From contig JBBRLJ010000038.1 in NCBI GenBank assembly GCA_038231435.1, positions 1 to 48,264 of the forward strand: 48,264 bases of DNA, given 5' to 3'. Position 1 is the stretch's first letter. The number at the start of each line of letters is the position of its first letter. Shown here piece by piece: positions 21,401-30,800 of this stretch. The notes beneath the pieces are model-generated. The model was not told the origin of the DNA and ran no database searches. It saw nothing but the letters and a program-made list of their open reading frames with translations. A program made the position numbers and the translations under genes. This DNA comes from Planctomycetota bacterium (lineage in GTDB: Bacteria; Planctomycetota; UBA11346).

Positions 21401-24156
21401 AGCACGGTGTTCCAGCCCTCGCGGTAGAGTCGCGCCGTCACGGTGGCGTTCGCCGCTTCGTTCGTGGAGCAGAGGGTGGCGTCTGGGCTGACCATGCGCA
21501 CCTCGAAGCGCTGCGACTCGCCCACCGCCGCGGCCTTGCCGATACGCAGGCCCAGGTAGGCGTCGACGGGATCGAGCGCGATGACCTGGCTCGACGCATT
21601 GACCGCGCGCCCGCCGACCTCGAGCACGCTCGCGCCCGTGGACAACCGCCACGGGCACACGATCCCGTGCGCCTGCGCCGCGATGCGCTCGGCCACGGGC
21701 AGGCTCCAGACGCTGGCGCCGTGATCATCGAGGTGCTGCGCCAGGAGCTCGATGCGCTCGCCGCTCACGGCAACCTGCTCGACCACCCCGACGCTGTCGC
21801 CCTGGTCGGCGAATATCCACTCCTCCCAACCGACGGGAGAAAACCGCGCCGGATCCAGACGTGCCGCGAGCCGCGCCTCGCGCCCGGCCGCGGGCTGGCC
21901 GAACAGGTAGTCGCCGCGCACCGTCGCCTGCGGCGGACCGGCGGCGACGCGGTAGCGGCGCTCGGACCCGGCCGCCTCGGCGGCTGCCGCCAAGCCTGGC
22001 CCGCTCCATGCCGACGACACCACCATGCGCTCGGGGATGAAGTCCTCGATCTGGAATCCGCACCTGCCGAACGAGGTCTCGTCGCCCGCGGATCGTCCCG
22101 CATCGCCGCGGCCATCGACGGATCCTGGCAAGCCGATCACCACCGTCCAATGCCCGGTCGGAAGGTCCGCCGGCAGGGCCAGATCGAGATCCGCATCGCC
22201 GCCCGCGGGCAGCAGCGCGAGTTCGTCGCGCCACACGCGCAGATCCGGGCGCAGTATCCGCCAACGGATCGGGAACGACGGCGGCGCCAGCCCCTGCTCG
22301 CCGCGCACCAAGGCGCGCAGGTGCACGGTCTCACCCGGCCGGTAGACGCCGCGATCGGCGTAGACGAACGCCTCGTGACCGCCGCGCAGGTAGGGCCGGC
22401 CGCCGGTATCCGCCAGCGGATCGCGCACGCTCTGTCCATGGGCATCGAGCCAGGTCAGTTCGTTGGTTCCGGCCAGCGCACGATCCGCGATCAGCACCGC
22501 CGCGTCCTCGCCCACCGGCAGGCCCAGGACGGGGATGCGCGCCAGCCCATCGCCGTCGCTCACCGCCTCGCCGACCAGCTGGTTCTTCGACGAGAACAGG
22601 CGCACGCGGGTGCCTGGCGCCGCTCGGCCACCACCGAGCGACATCGTCCACACCGCGTACTCGGTCGCGCCGGCCCGGGCGAGCAGGCCGAGATCCGACA
22701 GCGTCACCACCGTCTCGGCGCTCCCTCCACGGCCTTCGTCGCCGTAGGAGAAGCGATAGCCGCGATAGCGCCGAAAGCCGAACGACTCTCCGGATGCGCC
22801 TCCGTCGTCGTCGCGCGACACCGTCTCGTCCTCGGGCCGCCAGGACAGGGCCACGCGGTAGACGCCGTCCTCGAGCGCGGGACGGAATTCGTCGATGGCG
22901 ATGGCTTGGTCATGGGTGCGGTTCTTGGCCCCCGGCAGCTCGATCGCGCGCTCAGCGACCGGAGCACCGAGGCTCGAGACGTTCCAACGCCCATCGGTGC
23001 GCCAGTGCACGAGATTGTTGTCGTAGACGCGCCAGGCGGTGACCGTCACCTTTCTGAGATTGACGACATGGGCGAGCAGCCGGCGATGGCCCCGCGCGCC
23101 GAGGTACCCCGAGCCCTGGTCGAACCATGCGGCGGCATCGCGATCTGGGAACACCGCGCTGAAGCGATCTGCAATGGGATATTCCGCAGGCGGCGCGTTG
23201 GCCGGCGGCGCGCCCACCATCACCGCGTAGCGCGCGCCGATGGTGAACGGCCCGTGCAGGCGCCACAATGCGCCACCGCCTGAGACGGTGAACTCCACGG
23301 GCGGATCGACCGACAGCACGCGCCGCAGCGCATCGCCCGTGCACGCGTGGTTGAGGCGCACCTCGATCGATCCCTCCTTCTCATCGAGTGGCTCGGCGGA
23401 TACGCCCTCGACGCGCAGCGCGCCGTCCAGGAGGAGCTGGCGCGTGACGTCCGCCTCGAGTCCGAGTGGGCCGCCTGCGCCCACCAGCCCCGCGGAAACG
23501 GTCAGCTCGGCGTGGACCCCCTTCGCGGAGTCGGCGCGCGCCGCCAATGGCTCGGTGATCACCGTGAGCTCGTGGTCGCCGCCTTCCCCGAAGCGGTCCA
23601 GGGCGATCGCATGCCCAGCGGAATCGCGCAGGGTCAGGCGCGCGAAGGCCTCGGATGGCAGCACACGATCGCTGAAGCCGATGGTGATGACGAAACGCCC
23701 GCCGGATTCGCAGGCGGTGCTGTCGCAGCGCACCACGCGCAGGGCCGGCGTGCGCACGTCCACGCGCCATGCCGCCGGCATGCGCAGGCCGTCGCGCGAG
23801 CGTAGGCGTTCGGCCGAGAGCTCGCAGTGGATCGGCGTCGCGCGCGGCAGCCGATCGGGGGTGAACGACAGGGTACGGACATCGAGCCACCGCCAGGCTC
23901 CCGCCAAGCGCGGCGCGAAGCTGCCGGGCGCGTCGCGCTCGATCCCAGCCTGGTCCATCGGCACGTTGAATGTCCAGGTGAAGGCGTCGTCGCGCTCGAT
24001 GGTTGACCCCTCGCGCAGGCTGCTCTCGAGCACCTGGACCAGATCGGTGCGCGGGGCGAGCCAGCAGCGATAGCCGAATAACGCGAGCAGATTCACCAGC
24101 GCGAGCACCGCGCAGCCCGCGGCGTTCGGCCAGCGCGGACGTAGCTCGATGGTCAT
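18403..24156 (-). CDS. yfhM: Bacterial alpha-2-macroglobulin, thioester-containing
   Basis: DRGVYRPGETVHL, IEDFIPERM, AAVDEGVL, PRFAAPGD, intact thioester YPYGCAEQ, STQD, EDLLPAGFEVEN, YLARAVTPGTFVLPP; ATG overlaps the creD stop (ATGA). Confidence 0.95.
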   Translation of the reverse strand: MTIELRPRWPNAAGCAVLALVNLLALFGYRCWLAPRTDLVQVLESSLREGSTIERDDAFTWTFNVPMDQAGIERDAPGSFAPRLAGAWRWLDVRTLSFTPDRLPRATPIHCELSAERLRSRDGLRMPAAWRVDVRTPALRVVRCDSTACESGGRFVITIGFSDRVLPSEAFARLTLRDSAGHAIALDRFGEGGDHELTVITEPLAARADSAKGVHAELTVSAGLVGAGGPLGLEADVTRQLLLDGALRVEGVSAEPLDEKEGSIEVRLNHACTGDALRRVLSVDPPVEFTVSGGGALWRLHGPFTIGARYAVMVGAPPANAPPAEYPIADRFSAVFPDRDAAAWFDQGSGYLGARGHRRLLAHVVNLRKVTVTAWRVYDNNLVHWRTDGRWNVSSLGAPVAERAIELPGAKNRTHDQAIAIDEFRPALEDGVYRVALSWRPEDETVSRDDDGGASGESFGFRRYRGYRFSYGDEGRGGSAETVVTLSDLGLLARAGATEYAVWTMSLGGGRAAPGTRVRLFSSKNQLVGEAVSDGDGLARIPVLGLPVGEDAAVLIADRALAGTNELTWLDAHGQSVRDPLADTGGRPYLRGGHEAFVYADRGVYRPGETVHLRALVRGEQGLAPPSFPIRWRILRPDLRVWRDELALLPAGGDADLDLALPADLPTGHWTVVIGLPGSVDGRGDAGRSAGDETSFGRCGFQIEDFIPERMVVSSAWSGPGLAAAAEAAGSERRYRVAAGPPQATVRGDYLFGQPAAGREARLAARLDPARFSPVGWEEWIFADQGDSVGVVEQVAVSGERIELLAQHLDDHGASVWSLPVAERIAAQAHGIVCPWRLSTGASVLEVGGRAVNASSQVIALDPVDAYLGLRIGKAAAVGESQRFEVRMVSPDATLCSTNEAANATVTARLYREGWNTVLMKEGNYFHYRSVRTLDAVGEAKLIAIDAGTGAGELTVPDAGSFVLRLRDAGTGQVVSSRIYARGAGSWEDSVSREHPDRCEVAVERMDGAGDAPERMGPPEPGASAEALRVGDVALITVRSPFAGQLLVTVETDGVIASKLVEMTDSATTVRLPVTGGWAPDAFICATVIRAVNADLPWRVHRAFGIARARLDPADRRLEVNVSAPAEARPGTLLAIELALRGADGAPAAGAQATIAAVDEGVLRLTGFATPDPFAWFTAPRGLRVDALDCYDQLMPEVARPAGESPTGGDGGGPERHRSPIAATRVRPVALWSGVVHADAAGRAHVELPLPSGFSGLVRVMAVADHGAASGSVDRHVIVRAPVVLQTSWPRFAAPGDRFTVPVTVFNRTAADGVAEISITLDAVDAHGVGGPLAVESPTTAARIISGHDATVNIPIEALRRCGVAHARITATIGAESAVDEVELPVRPASPEMTFGDEAEAAPGRPVAAALGPDLLPGSVTLEATVGPHPSLSLPRGLDYLYRYPYGCAEQTVSACFPLIYLRDLGEAIAPGMFAPAGIAEHLRVGIQRLQFLQTDGGGIATWPNDREAWPWGTVYAAHFLIEARAAGAAVPEEFLARVLAYVRRIGDRNDVAWIETQCYATYVLALAGKPDHAAMHRLESALRAHERSPAAAAFASSNPGPSCRFHLSAAWLACGRRDLAIALIPDHLPDPRSDRHLDGDLASPVRDLAVLLSTLCDVMPDHPALPRLARELSDRRQWRSTQDTAFAVLALGKYLRKQAASPPCASMRLRIDGLSVAESAESAERSGSAVATSLAWHGVVGRALEATVEGSAEARAWVSWLATGVPMTPPADADHGIAVTRTWTREDGTPLGKRLVSGDLVLVTLRASSAIARDNIVLEDLLPAGFEVENPRLAGSAAAGQSAPWLRVDMRDDRVLVFGGLTSFWGHGLYELQHSYLARAVTPGTFVLPPLRAECLYDVSVSGIAGSGTVTIERRQ

Positions 24157-25454
24157 GCTGGATCCGGCAGGCGATCGGTCGGCACCGCGACCGCATCGCG
24201 GATGGAGGCGCGGCCCGAGCCTCGCCCGCCGGCGAGCTTCCTGATCACGAAGACCTCGTTCCAGTCGAGCTTGGCGGTGAGCGCCATCAGCACCGCCAGG
24301 GTCAGCACCGAACCGATCGCCACCGTCAGCCCGGTGGTCCCCTTCAGGAAGAAGCTGTACGAGAACAGCACCAGGAAGAACAGCTGCCCGCCGATCGCCG
24401 CGTCGACCGGGAAGCGCCGGCCGAGCGCCGCCGACAGATAGCAGGTGACCAGCGAGACCGTCGACACCGTGGCGATCAGGAAGGCGATGTGGATGTCGAC
24501 GACGTCCACCAGGTAGGCGAGCAGCAGGTGGAAGGCGAAGAAGCCCGCGGCGACGAACAGGTAGTGCATGGGATGGATGTCGATGCGCTTCACCACCGTG
24601 ATCGCCGCCACCAGCACGAAGAAGAACAGCAGGCATACCGGCGCGAAATAGGTGATGCGGGCCGCCACCGGCCCCGGATTCAGCTTCTCGGGGATGATCA
24701 CGCCGATGTCCTGGGTGGTGATCAGGTCTGAGGTCGACCACGACAGCACCTGTCCCGAGCCACTCGCATGGCTGGCCATCGGCGACAGCGCGCCATCGGG
24801 ATAGTCCACATCCTTGAAGTCCGTGGTCACCACCAGATCGAGATTGTGCACGCGCCCGCCGTGGGTGCCCGGCTGGTAGCGCCATTGCCCGATGCCGCGG
24901 GTGCGGTACCCGACCTTCAGGATACGGCTCTGGCCCGGGGCGAGCTCGGCGTCGGCATCGATGCCCGCCGCGGTGTCGATCGGAACCATCGGCGAGGCGT
25001 CGTCGATCGCGAAGGTGAAGTCGTCGTAGGTCGAGCCCTTCGACGGGAAGTCGACGTGCATGCGCACGCGCTCGGGCGTGGATCGCTCATTGGTCACCAC
25101 ATAGGTGCCGGCGAAGGCGCAGACGTAGGTCGGATACCAGATCAGGCCCTTGCGCCGGTAGTCGAGCGTGAGCTGGACGCGCACCACACTGCTCGCCGGC
25201 AGCACCGCCTCGGGAAGATCATCGCCGAGCGCGCCCGCTGCCGGGTCGCCAGCGGTCTTCGCGCCTGCTGATTTGCTGGCGAGAAATGACGGTGCCTGCT
25301 GCACCAGCTGCGATCCCCACAGGGTCTCGACGTGGCCGCAGAGACGCTCGCTGAGCGATTCGGAGCGCAGGCTGGTGGCGGTGCCGAGCACCATCCAGCC
25401 GGCGCAGGCGACCGCGAAGATGGCGACGATGGCGACGATCCGGAGAATGGTCAT
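24153..25454 (-). CDS. creD: Inner membrane CreD-family protein
   Basis: N-terminal TM, periplasmic domain (YRRKGLIWYPTY), six C-terminal TMs with IHPMHYLFV; downstream of creC; RBS GGGAGG. Confidence 0.85.
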   Translation of the reverse strand: MTILRIVAIVAIFAVACAGWMVLGTATSLRSESLSERLCGHVETLWGSQLVQQAPSFLASKSAGAKTAGDPAAGALGDDLPEAVLPASSVVRVQLTLDYRRKGLIWYPTYVCAFAGTYVVTNERSTPERVRMHVDFPSKGSTYDDFTFAIDDASPMVPIDTAAGIDADAELAPGQSRILKVGYRTRGIGQWRYQPGTHGGRVHNLDLVVTTDFKDVDYPDGALSPMASHASGSGQVLSWSTSDLITTQDIGVIIPEKLNPGPVAARITYFAPVCLLFFFVLVAAITVVKRIDIHPMHYLFVAAGFFAFHLLLAYLVDVVDIHIAFLIATVSTVSLVTCYLSAALGRRFPVDAAIGGQLFFLVLFSYSFFLKGTTGLTVAIGSVLTLAVLMALTAKLDWNEVFVIRKLAGGRGSGRASIRDAVAVPTDRLPDPA

Positions 25455-25484
25455 GGGCGGCCTCCCGCGGCCGACCCTAGACCC

Positions 25485-26996
25485 TCATTGTGGCGGGCGT
25501 GTGGGCGCCGCGTGTGCGGAGCGTGTCGACGAGGCGAAGGTCGGCGGACGCTCGGGCAGCACCAGGGTGGCAACCGCTCCGCCCTCGGGCCGGTTGGCCA
25601 GCGTCGCTTCGCCGCCGTGCAGCGCGGTCACCTCGCGCACGAAGGTCAGGCCCAGGCCGGTGCCCTTCATGCCGGACTTCGGGCGCGCCAAGGAATAGAA
25701 GCGCTCGAAGACCTTCGCGAGGGCGAAATCCGGCACGCCGGGGCCGCGATCGGCCACTTCGACCATCGCACCGGTCGGCGTCGCGTGCACCGCGAGATCG
25801 ATCGCCGAGCCTTCGGAGGAGAAGTCGATGGCGTTCTGCAGGATGTTCGCCAGCGCCTGCCTGACCAGGAAGCGCTCGCCGCGCACGGCGACTTCGGCGT
25901 CGAGCCGGCGCTCGACGCGCAGGCGCTTCTCGCGCAGCTGGGGCTCGAAGTCGTCGATCACCGATCCCGCCAGCGCCGCCAGGTCGATCGGCGAGACCTC
26001 GCGCAGGGCCTTCTGGTTCTCGAGCGCGGACAGCTGCAGCAGCCGATCGACCAGCGAGCGCAGGCGCTCGGACTCGACGCGGATATTGCGCAGGAAGCGC
26101 GCCCGCGCGTCGGGCGCCATGCCCTGGGCGAGATCCTCGGACAGGAGTTCGGCCGAGGCGCGGATCGCCGACAGCGGGCTCTTCATCTCGTGGGTGAGGT
26201 TCTGCACGTACTGCTCGACGTAGCGCCGCCCCTCGAGCGCCTCGCGCATGTCCTCGAAGGCGAGCCCGAGTCCACGCAGTTCGCCCGGCCCGAGCTCGGG
26301 CGCCGGCGTGCGGTAGCCGTCCTTGAGGTCGCGCGCGTAGCGCGTAAGTCGCTCGATAGGCCGGGTGATCCAGAACGAGATCGCCGCGCCCAGCAGCGCC
26401 ACCAGCGCGGTGGCGAGGATGCCACCGATGATGGTCTTGCGCTTGGCGACGTCGATGAACAGGGTGACGCTGTCGGCGGGCTTGCACACCGTCAGGCAGC
26501 CGCGGATGACGCCCCCGCTGACGATCGGCGCGGCCACGTACAACACCGCCGAACGCACATCGTCGGGCACCAGATGCGTGGTGCGCGCGCCGTATTCACC
26601 GGCGAGGGTCAGCCGCACGTCGCGCCAGCCGGCATAGCTCTTGCCGACGTCACCGGGCTCGTCCGAATCGTAGACGACCGTGCCGGCAGCGTCGGTGACG
26701 TAGATGCGCAGCCCCAGGCTCGACTTGTCCATCTCGTAGATCTTCGCGGACAGGTGCCGCGCGCGCGCGTCGCGCATGGTGGCTGCCAGCGCCGAGGTAT
26801 CGAGCGCGCCGCCAGGCGACTGGGCCGCGTCGCGCGACAGATCAGCGGCCATGATCGCCGCGGTGTCGACCATCGATTCCTCCATCGCCTCGAGGTAGCG
26901 CGGGCGCAGATCCTCGAGCAGCGAACGGGTCAGGGAAAAGATGCCGAGTCCGGCCGCGATCATGAACGCCAGGACCAGCCTGAAGCGGATGCTCAC
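25485..26996 (-). CDS. creC: Sensor histidine kinase CreC
   Basis: GTG start after GAGG; MEESMVDTA, LRIYVTD..G.VVYDS, DVRLTL.GEYGARTT, LEGRRYVEQYVQNLTHEMKSPL, NAIDFS, ERFYSL.RP, GTGLGL. Confidence 0.95.
   Translation of the reverse strand: MSIRFRLVLAFMIAAGLGIFSLTRSLLEDLRPRYLEAMEESMVDTAAIMAADLSRDAAQSPGGALDTSALAATMRDARARHLSAKIYEMDKSSLGLRIYVTDAAGTVVYDSDEPGDVGKSYAGWRDVRLTLAGEYGARTTHLVPDDVRSAVLYVAAPIVSGGVIRGCLTVCKPADSVTLFIDVAKRKTIIGGILATALVALLGAAISFWITRPIERLTRYARDLKDGYRTPAPELGPGELRGLGLAFEDMREALEGRRYVEQYVQNLTHEMKSPLSAIRASAELLSEDLAQGMAPDARARFLRNIRVESERLRSLVDRLLQLSALENQKALREVSPIDLAALAGSVIDDFEPQLREKRLRVERRLDAEVAVRGERFLVRQALANILQNAIDFSSEGSAIDLAVHATPTGAMVEVADRGPGVPDFALAKVFERFYSLARPKSGMKGTGLGLTFVREVTALHGGEATLANRPEGGAVATLVLPERPPTFASSTRSAHAAPTRPPQ
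25488..25527 (-). promoter_or_regulatory. Candidate CreB-binding (cre-tag-like) direct repeats upstream of creD
   Basis: GACAC / CACAC / CACAC / CACAA spaced 11, 13 and 11 bp at the creC 3' end; the canonical cre-tag is TTCAC-N6-TTCAC (11-bp period). Confidence 0.4.
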
Positions 26997-27042
26997 GCCT
27001 GTGCCTCGGACGAGGCCGCGCGCGAGTCTTTGGGAAGAAAGC

Positions 27043-27741
27043 TCACCAGTCCTCCCGCACCGAATAGCCTTCGCCACGATGGGTGAGGATGGGGTCGACA
27101 TCCGGGCGGATGACGCGCAGCTTGGCGCGGATCTGCTTGATGTGGGTATCGACGGCTCGGTCGAAACTGGATTCGGGGGCGTCCCACGCGTGGTCCATCA
27201 GCTGGCTGCGCGAGAACACCCAGCCGGGCCGGTCGAGCAGCACCTTGAGGATGCGGAATTGGTACTTCGAGAGCTCGAGCGGCTGGCCGAAGAACGTCAC
27301 CGAGAGCTTGCGCTCATCGACGGCGAACGGCTTCACCGGCTCGAGCGATGCCGTGGTCGCGCGCGCGCTCGGTCGATCCTTCACGCGGCGCAGCACCGCC
27401 TTCACCCGCGCCGACAGCTCGCGCGGGCTGAACGGCTTGGCCATGTAGTCGTCGGCGCCCATCTCGAGCCCGACGATGCGGTCGACCTCGATCGCGCGCG
27501 CGGTGACGAAGATGATGGGCAGGTCCGAGGTCTTGCGGATCTCGCGGCAGAGGTCGAAGCCGTTGTCGTCGGGCAGCCCGACATCGAGCACCACCAGATC
27601 GATGGGGTGCGACGCCAGCGCCTGGCGCGCCTCGCGCGCGGTCTGGCTCACCACCACCCTCATGCCCTCGGTGGTCAGCGCGTAGGTCACCGCCTCGGCG
27701 ATGCTCGGCTCGTCGTCGACCACGAGGATGGTGTACGGCAT
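27043..27741 (-). CDS. creB: OmpR-family response regulator CreB
   Basis: VDDEPSIAE, LDVGLPD.NGF, GADDY.AKPFSPRE, DRAVDTHIK.IRAKL, THRG.GYS; adjacent to creC. Confidence 0.95.
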   Translation of the reverse strand: MPYTILVVDDEPSIAEAVTYALTTEGMRVVVSQTAREARQALASHPIDLVVLDVGLPDDNGFDLCREIRKTSDLPIIFVTARAIEVDRIVGLEMGADDYMAKPFSPRELSARVKAVLRRVKDRPSARATTASLEPVKPFAVDERKLSVTFFGQPLELSKYQFRILKVLLDRPGWVFSRSQLMDHAWDAPESSFDRAVDTHIKQIRAKLRVIRPDVDPILTHRGEGYSVREDW

Positions 27742-27839
27742 GGGCTGCGCAGGACCCTAGCGGGTGTCCAGGGGCGGAGAAGGCGCGTGCCGTTCTCGCA
27801 CCCTACGGCGCGGAGAGCGATCGGCTTGGATGACTGGGC

Positions 27840-30800
27840 CTATTTTACGAACGTCACCACGCCGAAGTCGGCGGGCTTCCACTCTGGCTGCAGTCCACCG
27901 CCCCAGGTCATGGTCGCGGCGCGGCCCTTGCCGTCGTTGTCGTGGATCTGCATCGAGAACGCGAGCTTGCGCCCGAGCCCTGGCTGGAAACCGCCGAGAT
28001 CGCTGAACGGGATGCGCAATTCATAGATCCAACCTCCGGCGGATGCGTCGCCCTTGTCGTCCGTCTTGGCCTCCACCTTGGAGATGGCGAGCTCGTAGAT
28101 CGACGAGTCCCTCGCCAGCTGTCCGCTGCGCAAGCCGCCGGCGTGGGCCTCGGGGCGGAAGATGGTGGTGAGCCCGCTGCCGCCGCCCGGTTTCTGCGCC
28201 GACAGGAACAGCTCAAACGCCTTCTTGTCACCGTCGGGCGAGCGGTTGGTCGAGTCGAAGGCCAGCACCACGCTGTCGCCGTCGACCACGCTGGCATCGG
28301 CGCCATCCGCATGCGCCACATCGTCGCGCACCTGCACGGCAACATAGAGGTTGGCGTCATCCCACATCACGTAGCCGACGCCGCTGAGGTTCCGCGGCGT
28401 CCAGGTGTACGAGGGATCGCCCCCCTTGTTGCTCTCCTTGGTGCTCTCCTTGGTGAGAGTGAGCTGATTCGCGCCGATCAGCGGAATAGGGCAGGCGCGG
28501 TTCCACTCCTGGAGGTCGAGCTTGCCGTCGATCTTCGGCGCGGCCGAGGCGCGGTGGCATTCGGCCACGTAATCGGTGCCTTCGTACGCGGTGACGCGCA
28601 GATTATCGTAGTACACTGTCCCAGCGCCCTTGACCACCGGCGTGAACGACCCGGTGGCGATGGTATCGGGTACGGTGAGGTGGCTGGTGAACATCTGCCA
28701 GGAGGCGTTGTTCTCTCCGGCGGTGAACACCTGCACGTCGTAGAGGTTCTTGTTGGTGCCATCGGTCATGGTCAGCCCGATGTTCGAACCCGCGTGGATG
28801 CCCTGGTTCCACAACCACGCGGAATAGAGGTACGTGCCCCCCGGCGACAGCGGGATGGTCTGGTTGGTGGTGGACCATTCGGGGCAGTTGCTGAATTTCA
28901 TCACCTTGTCGCCCAGGCCGACGCCCAAGCCCACTGACGAGATCCACTCGCCCTTGCCGCTCCACGAGGCCGGGGCGCCCGGGTTCTTTGGATCGGCGTC
29001 CTCGAGCCCGCCGTTCTTCAACAGGTTGCCGAGCATGTCCGGCGAGATCACCGAGATCATCACCGGCTTGGTGATGGCGGGCAGCTTGTCCCAGGCGAAC
29101 GACACCTGCATCTGCACCGCATGTTCGCCGACCTTCGCATCCTTGGGCAGCGCCACCGGAATGATCGCGACCGTATCTTCTCCGGGAGCCAGCTCGAAGG
29201 GAACCGGAGCGATCGCCGGCCAGTCCTTGGGCCCGGCCAGGGTGAGTTTGCCAGCGATCTTGCGCTCATACGGATTTTTCAGGCTGACGTACAGCTCGGA
29301 CGATTCTCCGACCATCATGGTGGTGCGGAAATCCGCGGGGCGCCGGCCGCCGCGCGGGACCTTGCCCTTGGCCGACTGCAGCGCCGCCACCACGTAGGCC
29401 TTGAGCACGTCGAGATCACCGTTCTCGACGAAGGATCCGGTCGATGACAGGGCGAGCTCGGCATTGCCGCCCTTCGCGGCGATGGGGGACTCGTTGCCCT
29501 GGTAATCGGTCGCCACCAGTGATTCCGAACCGACGCGCAGCGCTGGCTTCTCCCCATCGCTTCCCGGCAGGAGCACCAGAACCGCCTTGCCGCCGCGATC
29601 GAAGAGCTCGAAGGTGCCCTTGCCTTCGGTGAAGGCGCCGAGCGGCTTGGCCTGGTGCAGCTTGGACACCAGCACCGCCAGGGTCGCCGCCGCAGGACGC
29701 GGGGTCATGTCGTCGAGCAGGTAGCTCCAGCCCCCGCACGGATCGGGCCAGCCGCCGAACCAGATGATGCGCTCCGCGCCGGCGGTGAGCTCGTCCACCC
29801 ACTGGCTCATCAGCCACTGGCTCTGGGTGGTGTTGGCGACCTCCTCGATCGCCGGCACGTTCCAGGCGTTCACGCCGCGCGCGCTCTCGTCGTCCCACAC
29901 CGCCGCTTTCGCGCAGCCTGCCGCGTCGAGATCCTGGCGCGCCTCGACGATGCCGTCTCCGGCCGAGTAATGGACGGGCAAGACGTCGACGTAGGCGCCG
30001 GTGCCGGATTTCAGCACCTGGTTGCGGAAGCTGCGCGGGAACAGGCCGCCAGCGAGCAGGAATTTCACTTTCGGATCCACCGCGCGCGCGGCCTCGGTGC
30101 CGGCCTTGCACAGCGCGAGGTAATTGCCGACCGGATCCTTGCCCTCACCGGGAACGATCTCGTTCAGCCACTCCCACGCCGACATGCGGCCCTTGTAGTG
30201 CGTGGTCGCCGCGGTCACGAACTCGCGCCACGCGTCGAGATCGCAATCGAAGGCCTGGAAGGCGACATTGCGTGCTGGGCCTTTCAGGGCCCACACCGGC
30301 GGATCCTGGATGCACAGCTCGGGCTCGATGCCGTGGGCGCGCATGATGTCCATCTGCTTGTCCAGGGTCTCGAAATGGAACACGCCGCGCGAGGGCTCGA
30401 GGCTGGCCCACGAGATGAAATTGCGGCACACCGTCAGCCCGAGGCGCTGGGCGACCGCGCTCGCCTGTTCCGCCTCGGCCAGATTCGTCAGCGTGAGCAG
30501 ATTGTGCATGCCGAAGGCCGTCGGCTTGCCCTTGGTTACTGCCTGCACGTCGGGGATGCGACAGATGGTAGTCGCGCGCTTCTCCCAACCTTCGACCTCG
30601 GCCTCGATGAGGATGATGCCGCGCGCCTCGGTCTTCAACGTGATCGGCACGTCCTGACCGTCCTTCTCGGAGGTGAAGGCGACCTGCTGGGTGTCGATCA
30701 CGTTCTTGCGCGCGTCGTACGCCTTCACCGCAAGCGTGTGCTTCGCGCCGGCGTCCTTGACGTTGCGCAGCTTCGCCACCACCACCACCGGCTCCTGGTA

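Noticed and set aside
18532..23283. 1583-aa plus-strand ORF and many other long antisense or alternate-frame ORFs (e.g. 11022-12464, 37185-39434, 29655-31271)
   Set aside because: Shadow ORFs of genuine genes in high-GC DNA; Arg/Ala/Gly-rich with no recognisable motifs.
18403..24885. 2160-aa version of A2M, and similarly extended ORFs for pbpC (to 19189), LLM (from 2294), adaptor C (from 39107), macB (from 41326) and hflX (from 46360)
   Set aside because: The extensions overlap neighbouring real genes or read as non-coding; starts were trimmed to RBS-, overlap- or motif-supported codons.
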